DNA of 64,000 nt from Octopus vulgaris (lineage: Eukaryota), in assembly GCA_951406725.2 (NCBI GenBank), contig OX597825.1, positions 3,472,001 through 3,536,000 of the forward strand, read 5' to 3'. Of the stretch, positions 12,616 through 27,639 are shown one piece after another. The translations under genes were made by a program, and so were the position numbers. Position 1 is the first letter of the stretch. Every line of letters starts with the position of its first letter. The notes below the pieces were generated by a model that saw only the letters and a program-made list of their open reading frames with translations, had not been told where the DNA came from and made no database searches.

Positions 12616-14101
12616 TGTGTTGCTTGTTTCATTGCTTCTGCAATTATTACTGCAAGGCTATAATGTTACCAAACAGATATTTAAGGGAGTGTTAACATAT
12701 ATTGTTAAGATCTGCAAATGAAATCGGTGAAAAGAATGAAACATTGATTCCCTGGAATAACACCTAAAAAGCTATTAACAGATCACACATAGGAATAGTG
12801 AAAGCTTTTTGTATAATTTACAAAAATGTTTAAAACCTGCAGAACATCTTTAAAAGTAAATCAATAACGAACAGTGTTGTAATAACATCCAATTGTTCAT
12901 TGCCAGTTGTACACTTCTTGGGGAAAATGTAGCCAATGTACTGATTCAGCTAGTCATAATAACATTACTTTATTTTTTTCCCATTCTGTACAAGCTCAGT
13001 GTAATGATGTCATTGTCATGGTGCCACAAATGTATGCTAATAAAGTTTTTGGTTTGAAAAATACATTAGCTTGATTATAATGTCAATAACATTTTCGATA
13101 TCGTCTTTTCAAAAACCGAAATAAATTCATGAGTAGAATTACCTTTCACAACTTTCCTTTCAATAATATTACTACTTGGCACTCCAGGTTTATCACGTGC
13201 AGGATGTATAAGGTTACCAACCGAGGCTCAGCATGAAATAAAGCCTTTGAGTGTTGTAGTTAAGTATTTTCTGTGGTCGTTCCATTTCAAAGTTGTCAGT
13301 ACAAAGCTATTCTTTACATGTAAGTATTTCAGCGAACGCTTTTGTTTTGACCTCACAATAAAAATATCTGTACTGTGGCATTCCTTTGCCTAAATCGAAT
13401 GACATTTTATTAATGTTGTTTCAGGAGGGGCAGCTCGATAGCAATATGAACTAATTTTATGTAGGGATTGGCATTTTCTGGCAAAACATTGTTACAGGCA
13501 TTGGCGATTGGAGTTTTCACTTATCAATTTACGCCAATTTCAATTTTGAACAAAAACGATGCCATTGTGTTATTGAATTATACTTCTAGATTTATAATGC
13601 CTCTGATTGTTTCCTCCTTCTATTGTTTTGTCTCAAGAATAGATACCGCATCATCATTTTCTTTTTTATTCTTTTTGTGTGCACCCCATTGATGTTGAAC
13701 CTTGGGGATAATGACATAAAATCTTGTATTACAAGGATTATTATCCCCAAAAGCACTACCTCTATTATTTGAACAAAATTACTCTTCAAAGATTGTTTTA
13801 AAATTCAGGTTTAAAAGAAATTTCCACCTTTCCGAATAGAGATTACATGAATCCATGTTTGTCATACGTGGCTGCGAAGAGCGCACTGGAAATGATTAGT
13901 GAAAATGTACCTATAATTTTCTGGAACACGCTTTCGTCAAATTTACATAATGCAGTCCACATATTTTTCGCAAAAATTTCTCTTCTATTAATTAGAGAAG
14001 GAATTCAGTATAGACATTAAATTGCGCTATACAACTTTAATTTTAAGACTATGTCACTTCATTTTAAAATATATATATGTATATGTATATATATATGCAT
14101 A

Positions 14102-14258
14102 CCGGCGCAGTCGTGGCTATGTAATAAGAAAATCGTTTCCCAACCACATGGTCCGGGTTCAGTCCCACTGGCACCTGAGGGTAGTGTATTCTACTATAGC
14201 CTCGCAGCGGCCAAAGCCTTGTGGATTAGCTTGACAGAAGCTGAAAGAAACCCTCGTG
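14102..14258 (+). mobile_element. OR-like tRNA-derived SINE head
   Basis: ggcgcagtcgtggctatgtaataag...ccacatggtccgggttcagtcccactg (B-box-like GGTTCAGTCCC), followed by a (TA)n tract. Confidence 0.75.
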
Positions 14259-14316
<58 letters not shown>

Positions 14317-14751
14317 ATATAATTATATTTTTATATATATACATATATGTATACGTGTAGGTATATATATATATATAGATACACATATATGTATACGTAT
14401 GTATATATACATATGTATATATATAAGATCAACAACAATTTAGATTCAAATGAATATGGTACTTAATTTAGATGCACCAGAATTTTGTATGGTGTTACCC
14501 ATAAAAATTTGCGGGGTGATTATAATCAAAAGTAAGCAACAAGAATGACTCCGGTGATTTGGTACAGTTGTTTCGTACTACAACATTTTAGGGAAGTTAA
14601 ATATACAGATAAAGATGTAGATATAAATGTTAGGAACATATGAGGTTGTGAAGTTCAGTTGCCATCTGACCAAAACTCTGGTTGTATCTCACCGGAGTCA
14701 TTCTTGTTGCTTATTTTTGATTATGTATATATATATATATATGTATGTATA

Positions 14752-14799
<48 letters not shown>

Positions 14800-15575
14800 T
14801 ATATGTGTGTGTACGTATATATGTATATATATATATATCTAGTGAAAGTAGTAATTTTTCATTTTATACTCAAACGCAGGATAATGCTAATAATATAGTA
14901 TGAACAGGATAAATTATCCCTATTTTGCAGAAATCAGTTCTAAACTTGAAATGTGGTGTTTCCATGTTGCCCATTTGCTTCCTATCAACATTTCTGATTG
15001 TATCAATACGTACTCTTTTCTCGTACACATATCAGTCTTTGGTTGTAATTATGTTATGTAGAGTTTTGAGACAAGATTGTAGGAGCAATCACTCCTAAAT
15101 GTCGTCCAGGTGTACGTGAAGTATTTACTCAGTGAGAGTATCTCATATACTGTTCCGACAATAAAAAATGACAATATATGGTAATCATATACACACAGTA
15201 TTGTATCTACATTGTAAACTTTTTAGATAAACATTTCACTTTATCTGTTACGTATTTCTACTATCTTCTTACCTGGATTAAGTTACACAGACCACAATTT
15301 AAGTGGAGTCAGAGAGTACGTTATATTCATTGGGTAACTATCTTAATTAGTGATCATCCTGCAGAAGGAACTCTTATTTTCCTAGCGGTTCATTGTGTAG
15401 GTTATTCTGATTCTGAGAATACATTGCAGAGCGTTTGTTGATGATGTTTTTTTTTTATAGGAATATATTTTGCGTAAAAGAAAATATTTGGTATATAGTC
15501 GTTAGTTTCGGTTCCCTTCTGTGCACGTTATACCTAGCATATAGAATACTTCAGTTATTATTAATATAACTTTTA

Positions 15576-15780
15576 AGGTCGCGAGCTGGCAGAGTCGTTA
15601 GCACGCTGAACGAAATTCTTAGCGGTGCTTCACCCAGCTGAGTTCAAATTCCGCCGAGGTCGACTTCTCCTTTCATTCTTTCATAGTCGATAAACGAAGC
15701 ACCAGTTCCGTATTGGAGTCGATCTAGTCGGGGGGCCCCCTTTCCCCAGAATTCCAGGTTTTGTACCTATAGTGGAAATG
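15576..15780 (+). mobile_element. OK-like SINE with a 19-bp target-site duplication
   Basis: Family head gcgagctggcagagtcgttagcacg...gagttcaaattccgccgaggtcgact. The sequence attattaatataactttta is identical at 15557-15575 and 15781-15799. Confidence 0.85.
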
Positions 15781-16780
15781 ATTATTAATATAACTTTTAC
15801 GTCCACACACCCGTTCATTTTAATGTTGCAGTTTTTTTTATTATTTGAAGAATTGTTTATCTGACATGTATCGAAGTCTTGGTCAAAGTGGAAACGGTAT
15901 CAATAAGAAGACAAAGTTTGTCACTGCTTTTTGGAAGCTATATCTGGTCAGCATCACTCGATCCTCAGTTATTCATCAATTTTAATTACATCTTTGTATT
16001 AGAGATCTATCTGGCATACAAACATTCTGTGTTTTAAGCATATTTATTTCTAAGAATACTTTTCTTTTACGTAAAGTTTATGCAAGGTATATTTTGTGTA
16101 TTTTATATGCACAAATTAACGTACAAATGTTCACATATTGTTACGTATATATAGATAAAAACATGCCATAATACATTTTCCATACAAGCACATGCACTAA
16201 CAAACACACACACACAAAAACACACATACATATATACAATCATATATACATACATGCATACATACAGACACAACTTGCACAGACATATACACACATGTCT
16301 GTTTGGTTAAAGGTTACAAATTTTCTTCGGTTCAGGTAGATTATTTCTCAGAAATTTTCTAAATGAACTAAACTATTTAACCATTCATGTTCTAAAATGA
16401 CTGAAGGGTATTTATTCATTGGTTTGTTTATACCAAAATTTATTTGGCAAAGTTACAAAGTTGCTGTATTGTTATATAGCGTGCACATATATTTCCCTCT
16501 AGGGTAGTTTTGAAAATCTATTTACGGATGAGAAAGAGATTATTTTTTTCTGATTAATTATTTGTATTCATACAGAAAATATTCATACTATTTTAGAGAA
16601 AAAGTGGACGGATTTCGAATGGAAGGCTTTTTATTGAAGGAGATGTATTGGAAGAAGCTGGCATCGGAGAATTTGATTGAGAATGTCTTCTTAAATAAGG
16701 TTTGTCCGTTTGTCTAGGTGGGCATTTTGTAATTCTTTTTTCTGATATCTGTCACGGAATGACAATCAAGGTGGAACATG

Positions 16781-16835
<55 letters not shown>

Positions 16836-17958
16836 TTCATACAAATGTAACAATTACTTGAATTCATATTAATTGGAGGTTTTCCTGCATATACCTAGAT
16901 TTATTTGTTCATAGAGAAAACTCGGAACTACAGATTTCCAAATTACCTTGGTATCGAAATGATTTGATATTCATATTACTTTACTGTATTACGCTAAATA
17001 CAAATCACTATACCTTTACAGCTTACCTGAGTGTAATTAGTCACCGGTACATGAAACGAGAGCCCCTCCTTTAAAAGACGAGCTAAGTTTTAATTGCGGT
17101 GCTGTATTTGAATTCTATTCTAGAACGGATTAGATATTTGTTTCGATACTAACATTGCTATCTTTAATTTTGTAATCATGATTGTAGATGAGAACCAAAA
17201 CTCCCTGAATATACTATTTTTCTGAAAAATATATTGTTCTAAGTATAACTGTATAGAAAGCCTGCAACGAAATTCATTTGCCAATATCTAAATATAAATA
17301 TATACCAGATTTGATAAATGTAAAACCAACGCATTCTCTCAAAGGAGTAGCAAAGTCTGGCTTCGATAAACTGCTAGAAAGATTAAAACTAACTCTTAAT
17401 GAATGTAGAGACGCACGTATTTACTTATAAATACATTCCCATTCATCTATATGTGTGTGTGTATAATACTTGTAGTGAAACTTCAAAATGTTTATTAAAC
17501 AAGCCTATGTTGTTTGCAATCAAAATGAAAATAAAAGGAAGACAAATCAGTCACATTTGTATTTGTAAATCATTAAAGTTTGTTTCTTATATTGATCGAA
17601 TCTGTTTTGAGATGAATAGAAATCCTTTTGCCCTCAGAAAATAATATTTCATTCTGCTGGAGTTTTCAATAAAAGATCACAATAGACTCTTTATAATAAT
17701 AAATAATAAAATAGATTCTGTTATATTTATTCTCTCATAATGTTATCATAAATCATATTACAAGTAAATTATTTTGACCATTGTTACAAATGCAATGATT
17801 TCGCTGCATTATATTTTAGACTCTATAATTAACTCGCTTTCTTTTATCTCTGTTTGCGAATAAATAATATGGATTTAAGAACAAGTTTGGGCAAATTTCA
17901 AAATGCTCTCTTTGATAAAAGTTATAAAAATTACTGACACAGTATAAACATTACTAAC

Positions 17959-18029
17959 TCCATTACAATAATTATATTTTCTCTCCCAAAGCCTCGTCCG
18001 CGTTCTATCAGTTTTACTAAGGCTTTCAT
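17959..18029 (-). CDS. Internal exon MKALVKLIERGRGFGRENIIIVM(E)
   Basis: Acceptor ttttattgactcgatgacAG and donor GA|GTTAGT. 71 nt, phase 0 to 2, matching exon 10786-10911. Confidence 0.6.
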
Positions 18030-18400
18030 CTGTCATCGAGTCAATAAAAATATCAAAAATACCAACACAATAGGTCACCTTCTATAATACTGATGCCAAA
18101 ACAAAAAGTAAGGCTCCACGTGTACATTCGAAATTCTAGAAACAACAGTTAAATATTATACTTTAGAAATATATACTTTAGACCTATTGTTTAACAACAA
18201 ACTGTTCATTCATACGATCATGGTAGTAAAGAACGTTGCCAAAACCAGCAATTATATTGTAGTCTGATATTTTGCTGTTATTTCGTTTTGCTTATATTGC
18301 ACACGATATCAAGTATATATACATACATACACAAACACACATACACATATACATACACACACATACACACATGCACACACACACACAAACACACACATAC

Positions 18401-18429
<29 letters not shown>

Positions 18430-18433
<4 letters not shown>

Positions 18434-18720
18434 GCACTCCCGTCGCTTACGACAACAAGGGTTCTAGTTGTTCTGATCAGAGGAAGAGCCTACTCCTGAT
18501 ATTAACTCCCCAGAAACGTGTACCCGTCAACGTAGTTTTCAGGGTGATACAACGTGACACTTCGTTTGACAAGTCTGTCCCATTTGAATTAAAAGTACTA
18601 CTCAGTTTTGCCAGCTGAGTGGAGTAGAACAACATGAAATAAATTTCCTTGCTCAAGGATGCCATGCATCACTGAGAATTAAAGTCAGAACCATATCACC
18701 GCGAGGCGAATAACCCTACC
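18430..18720 (-). mobile_element. Diverged SINE-like repeat
   Basis: ccagctgagtggagtagaacaacatgaaataaatttccttgctcaagga resembles the reverse complement of tRNA-SINE cores. Attached to a (GT)n tract. Confidence 0.5.
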
Positions 18721-18999
18721 ATATATATAAAATACAATTCGGCCTTCTGTGAAATTTAATTATAATAACGAGACAGGTGATGAATCGCATGCCTACTGCC
18801 TACACCAAAGCAATCATATCGCAACATTTCTCAAGTATTTCGTGAGGTGAGCAGAAATTCGTGTATGTATGGGTTTCAAATACCACTGAGTATACAGTAT
18901 CCCACGTATATAGTGTTTTAGTGTTTGGAAATTAGTTTTCTAGAGATATCGACCATTTTCCTTCTTCCTGTGCCTCTCTCTGTCTCCCTGATTAGCTTC

Positions 19000-19680
19000 T
19001 GCGGTTTCTTCTGGGGAAAAACAACTATGTTTAATTAACTTGTCATATTGAACCAATGCAGAAATGTCTATTGGGGATGGGAGTCACCGGCTTGACTCTG
19101 TGAAAGACTGGATGGCAGCTTGGAAAGAGGACACACAACAATTTGGGCCAGGATCCCGATGCACTGCATTAGTAAACAAGTCTACTAACACAAATGGAGG
19201 AAAATATAACGTGTAGACAGAAGCTGTTGGGAGAATGCTGCCAAAACAGGATGAAATACATTGATAAAAACTTGAATGCAAATTTCAGAAATACGAGATT
19301 CAGAAGAGTGAAACCTGGAGATGATACAATGATTGCAGTAAGGTATTTGGGAGGGGACGTAGGCTGACAATTGATTTAGTCTAATCAAAATGCAAAGGGC
19401 AACTAGAGCAACAAAAATGATTCTGGTGGTATTCACGGTTTTATCTGTCGGAATATTAGCACTCATGTTAGTCGGGCGAGCACCATATCGAAGAGTCCAG
19501 CAACAGTAACCAAAACATCATTGTCAGCATGCACAATGCAGAAGAAGAGTGTATAGGTCAGAAAGACAGGTGGGACTAGGGCTCCTTGAAAAAGAAATTA
19601 TGACTCGCGATAGACTCAGTAGAGCATCACCATGGATAACATTCTGAAAAGTAGCGTTACCTAGAATATAAAAACCATTT
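19000..19680 (+). mobile_element. Highly decayed non-LTR reverse-transcriptase remnant
   Basis: Broken motifs resembling AEEQxGxR and A(Y/F)DSVxHxWI (gcgatagactcagtagagcatcaccatggata). Many stops and frameshifts. Confidence 0.35.
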
Positions 19681-21299
19681 TGTAACTGTTACCTCAGATT
19701 TGCCAAAATATCTCTAATATCGTAAAAATTAATAAATAGAACGGTTTATAAATTTAGAGGAAAGCGGCAGAAAGCAGTATTGAAGTAAGAGCTAAGAAGC
19801 TCAAGAAATGGCGCAAAGCGGACAATGAACGAAATGTGGTTTTACACGAGTTCAGATCGTAGTTATAAAGATACATACAAACATTTCGCTTGGAAATCAC
19901 TTCGAAAAAGCAGTGGTAGGCGAAGGCAAAGACCTTTTCCAACACATGTATTCAGTTCACATCTAACAACCTAGGCAAATTAAGAAGTGGGAGATGGAGA
20001 GCAGTGTAGTAGCTATGCAAATGTACATAAGGAATGGAATCAGCAGAATAAACGTCGGTGTTAGGTTCAAGTAATTAATTTGCAATTATTATTAGCGTTA
20101 GCAATGTGAACTCTGATGCTACTTGCATTTACCTCATCAAACCCTCCTTCTTTTTCTCATTAGTTTACACTTTTCCCTCTTTTTTAATATCCTGAACAAC
20201 AACTACATATTGTTGTTCTAAAGATCCTTTTCTCAAATTCCTCCAAAAACGCTGAATAGACGCGAACAAAATAACGTTCCTACTTATGATAGTCTAACTT
20301 TATTTTATAACTGCACCGACGTTATAAATGTATTCCCTTGTTCTAAAGGAAGTATTTTCCAGTTTAATGCGAATTGTTTCATTTTATCGATTGTTTGTAT
20401 ATTATATTGAAGAACATAGCAAACGTTAACTGATTTGTTATAAAGACTTGTTTATTATTACTCCTGGACACAATACAATAGGGATGCACAGAAAATAAAA
20501 TTCTTGCAGTAAACTACCGAATCACAACGGAAGGAGTATCGTAAAAGAAATGTCTAGTGTAAAATTTTGAAACAAAAGCTGAATGCATTTCTCATAGACA
20601 AGAAAGAGTACAAGTCACTTTCATCTATCCTAAATGAAAATGGAAGAGATAAAAAAATAGGAAGCTTTTAAATTGCATTGAAGTTTGCAGAACTGGAAAG
20701 CTTTACAAGACAAGCAAATCACGCCATGAATAAAATAGATTTTCATAGTCAATTTAAATTTTACGCACCATCTATAAACATATTTAACATCAAATAAATT
20801 ACTTTGTCCCAGGTACCATTTGAAAGTATTCGTAACATACCTTATTGATTTCATACAATAAACTTTTCAATATTTATTACCTATAGTGTATTTAATAGCA
20901 TTATATATATTTCCCTTCATAAAGTTGTTTATGTTTATGTTTTGTTATCGTCTGGTGTGTGGTGAATCTTATATCAGAAAGAGAAAAGTACTACAATATA
21001 AATTAATAAGGAAGCACATATGTAAAATATTTTATTCTTAATAAGTTAAAGCATCAAACGGGTTTTATGTTTTGAAAAAAAAAAAACTATTCAAGAAAAC
21101 TATATAAGAATTTGAATGTGAATAAGGATCATATATCCAGACACATACACCCATCGATATCTATGCAGAGAGGAGAAAAAGGTCCTGTGTTACAGTTGTC
21201 GAAACTCGCAAAATATTCTGCATAATCAGTTTGATACCCAATACCACACACACAGAAACAGATATAGATATGTACGTATATATATAAATAAATAAATAA

Positions 21300-21365
<66 letters not shown>

Positions 21366-22943
21366 AGAGAGAGAGAGAGAGAGAGAGAGATACGTTAAGA
21401 AAATGGAGGAGAAATAACAATAAGAAGTGTGTCTTTTGCGTTAGGAAGTTATTATTTAATTAGTTAAGAAAGGTGAGAGTGAGAGTGAGGAAAATATATA
21501 TTTATATTTTTGCCTCGTTGCAAAATATATTTATAATTTTTCGTCGGTAATTCTCTACCATGCTTTAAATTTATTTCATTTGCGTATTGCAATAAATGTC
21601 ACAATCCGTCAATTTTTCTCACCACTTCACAATTCCATTGTTGTATAACGTTTCCTTACCTTTCAATTATCCAACTGATTCATACATTTTGTGAAAATTT
21701 TGATCCTCAAGAGAATGCATATCACTTCACCAGCAAACACCTAATACCTAGCGCCTTTCCTAGTTAATTTATGCACACATTCTTGTATGTTGATTCGCGA
21801 TTCATTTTCTTTACGTTAGAATATCAACAAAATCTCGTTTCGCGAAATAGGGAAATCCGTGAAATCTCAAATTTTCCTTACCTTTTAATTATGTATTTCT
21901 CAATAGGTATAAATATTTAACCCGTGTATTCATGAATTACATTCCTCTGAACAAGTCATAAGCACCCTTCTCTTCATAAACAAAGCATACACACATACGT
22001 ATGCAAACGCACACACACACACGTTTATGTAGTGACACTCACATATGCAGTTATAAAACAATTATTTAAGGTTATGTTCTTGAAGTTTATTTCCATTCGG
22101 CATTCCTTAAGTAAGAGGAATATTTGTAAATTCAATGATGTTCCTTTTTGAACTACACTTAGTAGTGTAACACAGTAATGGATCGGGTGTTAGTTTCATT
22201 GACCTTGCAATGATGGAAGCCAATGTTGCTATAAGGGGTAATTGCACTGAGATGTACAAAGCCAGAAGAAATAACACAAGGGATTGTTCAAACAGGCTGA
22301 ATAATCTATTTGCTCATGCAAATAGAAATTAATATTTCAGCAATTACTTAATTCATTGATTTAACAAGTAGTTTTCAACTGAAATCTTGATGTAATCTTT
22401 CAAAATAATATTAGCAAATTCCAAGGAAAGATTTAATCTGAGAATGGCGAAATTATTTGTCAATAGGAACGATTGAGAAAGAAACTCGTCTAAGATTACG
22501 AATGGAGAAAATTAAGGATTTATTTTTAGTTATACCTAAAATTGCTGTCGGATGATTAGCCAGAGAGATATATTTGTAAAATATTGTTTCAGAATATATT
22601 TTAAATAAAAGTGATACTAAGTTACTGCGTCAATATTTTATCGTTAGCCCGTCTTCATCCACATAGGTTTATTGTATTCTGAAAAATTCCAAGCGAACAG
22701 TATTTGTTCAATGTTGACCTAGTAAATGAAAATTAAATTTTGATATAAAATATGACCAGATTTTGATGAAAAAGATTATGTATTCATATGAAGATTATAC
22801 TTTCTTTGTCATCTCGATACAATTGAATTTAGAAATATTTTGCAGCAAGTTATAAAATTACTAGACATTAATATGATATTCCCAAAATATTGCATTCTTA
22901 AATAATTGAACAAATAGTTATTTATGTTTACAATTCCTGACTC

Positions 22944-23019
<76 letters not shown>

Positions 23020-23685
23020 ACAAATATGCAGACGCGCAGACATATGTCGAGACACATAAACACATGCATACATACATACACTTATGAATATAGAAAAATA
23101 TATAAGCATGTATGTATACAATCATTGAAGACGTTTATGTGTTTACGTGATATATCCTTGATTCCGGTTGTGAATTATTTTGAAAGAGGAATGTATCGTT
23201 TCATTCAGAGAAGCAATTGTTGTCTAAATTTTACTTCAATGTATGCGAAATCTCATTAGCATTAGAAAAGGGTGACATCAAACAGAGGTGAAAGACGGAA
23301 CTACAAGCAATAACAAAAAATTGTATATGAGCAAGTATTGGCAATTTAATTTCTCTGAAAAATTGAAATATTTTTTCAATGCGATTGACTGAATTTTCAA
23401 AGATAAGGTATGATATTTGAATATGTCAGCATACGTCCTTCTTTCGGTTAATGAAAAATTCGCATACCTGTCTAGTGTTATAAAACAGAATAATTCAGTG
23501 GGAAATCATATTACTGACGTAAATATATTGATTTATTCATGTTATTCTTTAGTAAATTAGTTTAAACATGTACCCCTGTATTAAATTTACACATTGTGTC
23601 ACTACTAATAACATCACAAGTAAAATAATGTGAAAGAATACGAGTTTGCAGATACATGTGTGTGTGTGTGTGTTCGTGTGTACGC

Positions 23686-23716
<31 letters not shown>

Positions 23717-23821
23717 ATGAAGGGTGTAGAAATAGTAGAAGAAATAGCTATAACTCTTTGACTGCTATTTCTAAATTCGGTATGTGGTAAGGCAATTCGT
23801 TGCCAAACCCTTTATTGCTTA

Positions 23822-23900
<79 letters not shown>

Positions 23901-24169
23901 TATATACATATATGCATATACATATAAAAAGATACACACACACAAATCCTGGGGTCGATTTGTTCGACTGAAGACGGTGCTTCAGCATGACCGCAGTCAT
24001 ATGACTATAACAAGTAAAGATTAAAAGAATAAAAGAACATACGTACACAAATATAGAGACACTCATACACATACAGAGCGGAGATAGATTTCCATATATA
24101 TATATCAATATAGACGCGTATATTTTATGTATATACATACATGCGTGCATTCGTGTATGTACATATGCT

Positions 24170-24283
<114 letters not shown>

Positions 24284-25529
24284 GTGTGTGTTTGTGTGTG
24301 TGTTGTTATGTATCCATGTGTGTCTCCATTAATTGGTCCTGTTTCATTGGAGAATAAAAAATGTCAAGTGACACGCATGGATGTATACACGAAGATAAAA
24401 ATACAAAACGCCTAAACACTGTGATTACAAGTACTTATCCCAGTAGTCAACAAACATTCTCTTATCTCCTATCTCTTAAAGAGTCTCTATGACATTAAAG
24501 CTTTTTTCTTCTACCCCCGTAGTGCAACCACAGTGTTGATCGACATATATACATGTGTGTCCATATAGACACTTATGCAAATCCCATCATCTTCTACTTT
24601 AAATCCTACAGCGCCATTAGAGTTGTCAGAACATTTATATAGATGCCTGTGGAATGTTCTAAACTCCGCGTGGGTAGAATTAAAATGCGCGGGGTAGAAT
24701 TAAATAGGAGACAAGGGTAGACGCGCGCGCACTCACACACATACACACACACGTATATATAGATACATACACAAACACACTGATGTGTGTATGCACAGTA
24801 AACATATGTGTATATATATATGTGCGTGTGTGTGTGTTTGTGTGTGCGTCTACAAATATGTGACTCTTTTAATTCTACCCTAAGCGCATGCGTATATTTG
24901 CATATTTGTTCTTCTCTTTGGATATAAATTTCGATATTCAGTATATTGGCTTTAAATCACGCATCCTTTTTTTTTGTTACATAATCGTACGAATTCCCGT
25001 GTGTAGAATATACATGCGCAACAATTTTCTATTCGCTATTATAAATTTGAGCCACTTGTCATATAGAACGAATGACATTCTATTCGTTCTTTCCATAAGT
25101 TGGCATAACATTCATATATTTTCCTTTCGTACGATATGTAGTATGATTGCATGTACTTCTTGATTAAATTCAAAATTCATCCTAATGATAATTAATGGGA
25201 AAATGAGGGGAACTGGAAGAAGAGTTTCCAGAACGGTCGAAGTGCATAGCGGCATTTCGTCCATATTAATGTTCTGAGACCAAATTCTGTCGTGGTCCAC
25301 TTGGCATGTATCATTTCGCGGTCGACAAAATAAGTACTCGGTGAAAACTGGTGACCCTATAATCGACTACCCACCTCCCGAAACTGTTGGCTTTGTGCCG
25401 AAATTTCAAACCAATAATAAGCAACTAGAATCTCTTCAAATCAGTCTGAGGATTAAAGAATAAAAATAGCAAAAATTCAAAAGCCACAATTCGGTCTACC
25501 ATTTCGATTTACCATTAAAATCGCGCATC

Positions 25530-25543
25530 ATTGCTATGGTAAC
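25530..25543. promoter_or_regulatory. RFX X-box-like site
   Basis: ATTGCTATGGTAAC, one mismatch from the X-box consensus GTTNCYATGGNAAC. Confidence 0.3.
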
Positions 25544-26347
25544 AATTTTCTGATTAAATTAATTTATTTATAAATGTGAGTAATTTTTATTTATTATGAT
25601 ATTGTGCAAAATACAGAGGAAGCAAGCTATTTATAAGGTTGAATCCTGAAGAACGACAGGAGACTTTAAGGAACTACTTGGTATACAAAAAATATTAAAA
25701 AAACTATGGCATGCATTCTTTAGTTTTAATATTTTTTTGATATTTAATTTTTTTTTTTTTATTCAGTGTTTCACCTAATATAAATACATCCAAAGGGCAA
25801 GTTTAAATTCTTCTCTGCTGACGATCCCTTTTGGTTATTAATCATGGATTTTCGGTTCTTTATAATTCTAAAATTTTGAGTTAAATCTAGTGTTCATGCC
25901 TGCATTATTTCCAGTTGCTTAGGCAGATTTAATCGAAGGTTTTGATTTTGCATTCAATGTCATTATTTCGGCTCGGTTACGCAATAAATTATTAAGGTAA
26001 AATAAATTAGTATTTCGTGATGATTCAAATTTTAGGATTAATTCTCAAAGCACCGAAACAGATAAAGGATTGTGATACTAGAAGCCATTGTGAAATCCTA
26101 AAAATTGCTAGTGTTCAATTCGCTGGAAACACTGGTATAATCTGCGACGATTATATCGCTACTCGACTTTAGCATTCTGCACAAAATTGGTAAATTTAAG
26201 TTAAAGTATCCAGCGTTAGAGAAGATTCGTTGTTAATACTCACATTTTAAAAGGTTTACTTATGCTGACAGTTAATTTAAATAATATCTTTTAGTTGTTA
26301 TAGAAGATATCAAAACTCATGGCGTACATCATAGATCCATCAGATAC

Positions 26348-26457
26348 CAGAGCAGCGCATTTAATATTTTCAAGTGTTTCAGAGATTTTATCTGTTAATT
26401 GTTCAGTCCGTCTTTGTATAAAATTTTGTAGAATATGAGACAAAAAATCAAGTGTAA
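26348..26457 (-). CDS. Candidate exon TLDFLSHILQNFIQRRTEQLTDKISETLENIKCAAL
   Basis: Weak acceptor aaattccaAG and donor CTG|GTATCT. Phase 1 to 0, compatible with the neighbouring exons. Lies inside ORF 26291..26488. Confidence 0.45.
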
Positions 26458-27385
26458 CTTGGAATTTAAATTTGTATATAGATAGCAACTATACTTTATG
26501 AGATTAACTACCGAAAAAGTTCGATTTTGAATTCATATATCAACACTCGCATCCTGGCAAGTAATGGAACATGGTCAGATTTGATACCGTTTGTTATTGT
26601 TTCTCCAGGGTTTCATCATTCTTCGAGGAGTGGTCACTCCTTGAACTCATGTCTACTGTTGTCTGTATCTGGCCAGTGGGGAGCATGTAGGCTCCAGAGA
26701 GCGATTGGGATCACTCGCCATCCTGTCTTTTAGTTGTCCTATTCGAACGACTCGATTATGTTGCCCTTATCGTTACCCTCTTTGCCCAACATGTTTTCTT
26801 TCAATCTCGCGAAAGGGCCAACACATCTATAGTCCGTCCCTTTGTTTAATTAAAATGCTGTCATTCCAGCAAGCCATTAAAGTCATCGCTGTTTAGGAAT
26901 GCATGCGATACAATGCAAAATAAATAGAAATTGACATACAGCTGGATTTCGTAAGCAATTTGGAAAAATACATAGATATTAGATAATTAGTTACATGTAT
27001 TTTGTTAGGAATGGATAATTTTAAAAGGGAAACAATACGATTTCACGTTATAAGCACATTAGTGAATTACAGATGTCAAAGTCGATATGAAAGAGAATTC
27101 GGCGTTCCGAACTTTGCCACTGCAGCGTTAAACAATATCATATAATAAGCCAGCAGATCATGTATATATGTTCCGATTAGATGACTTTCAAAATACCAAT
27201 GATTGATTATGGTTCATCATCCGGGACAAAGGTCTGGTATTCCATCATTAAATTAACTCGCTGTAGCAATATACTGCTACAATTATCACAAGAAAAAACT
27301 AACACACATCTGCACATACAAACACACAACTGAATTTATGTGTGTGTGTAAGTGAACTTTTACAAGGCCGTGCTCTCTCTCCCTC

Positions 27386-27463
<78 letters not shown>

Positions 27464-27485
27464 CGTATACATGTATATTATATAT

Positions 27486-27538
<53 letters not shown>

Positions 27539-27639
27539 GTGTATGTGTGTGTGTGTGTGTGCGTGTGTATGTTCATATATATACACATCAATATATATAA
27601 AACAGGAACTGTGTGTGTATGTGTGTATGTGTGTGCAAG

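Noticed and set aside
12660-13800. Possible decayed DNA transposon (MULE-like hints; similar hints at ~20.2 kb)
   Set aside because: Motifs are too broken to assign by eye.
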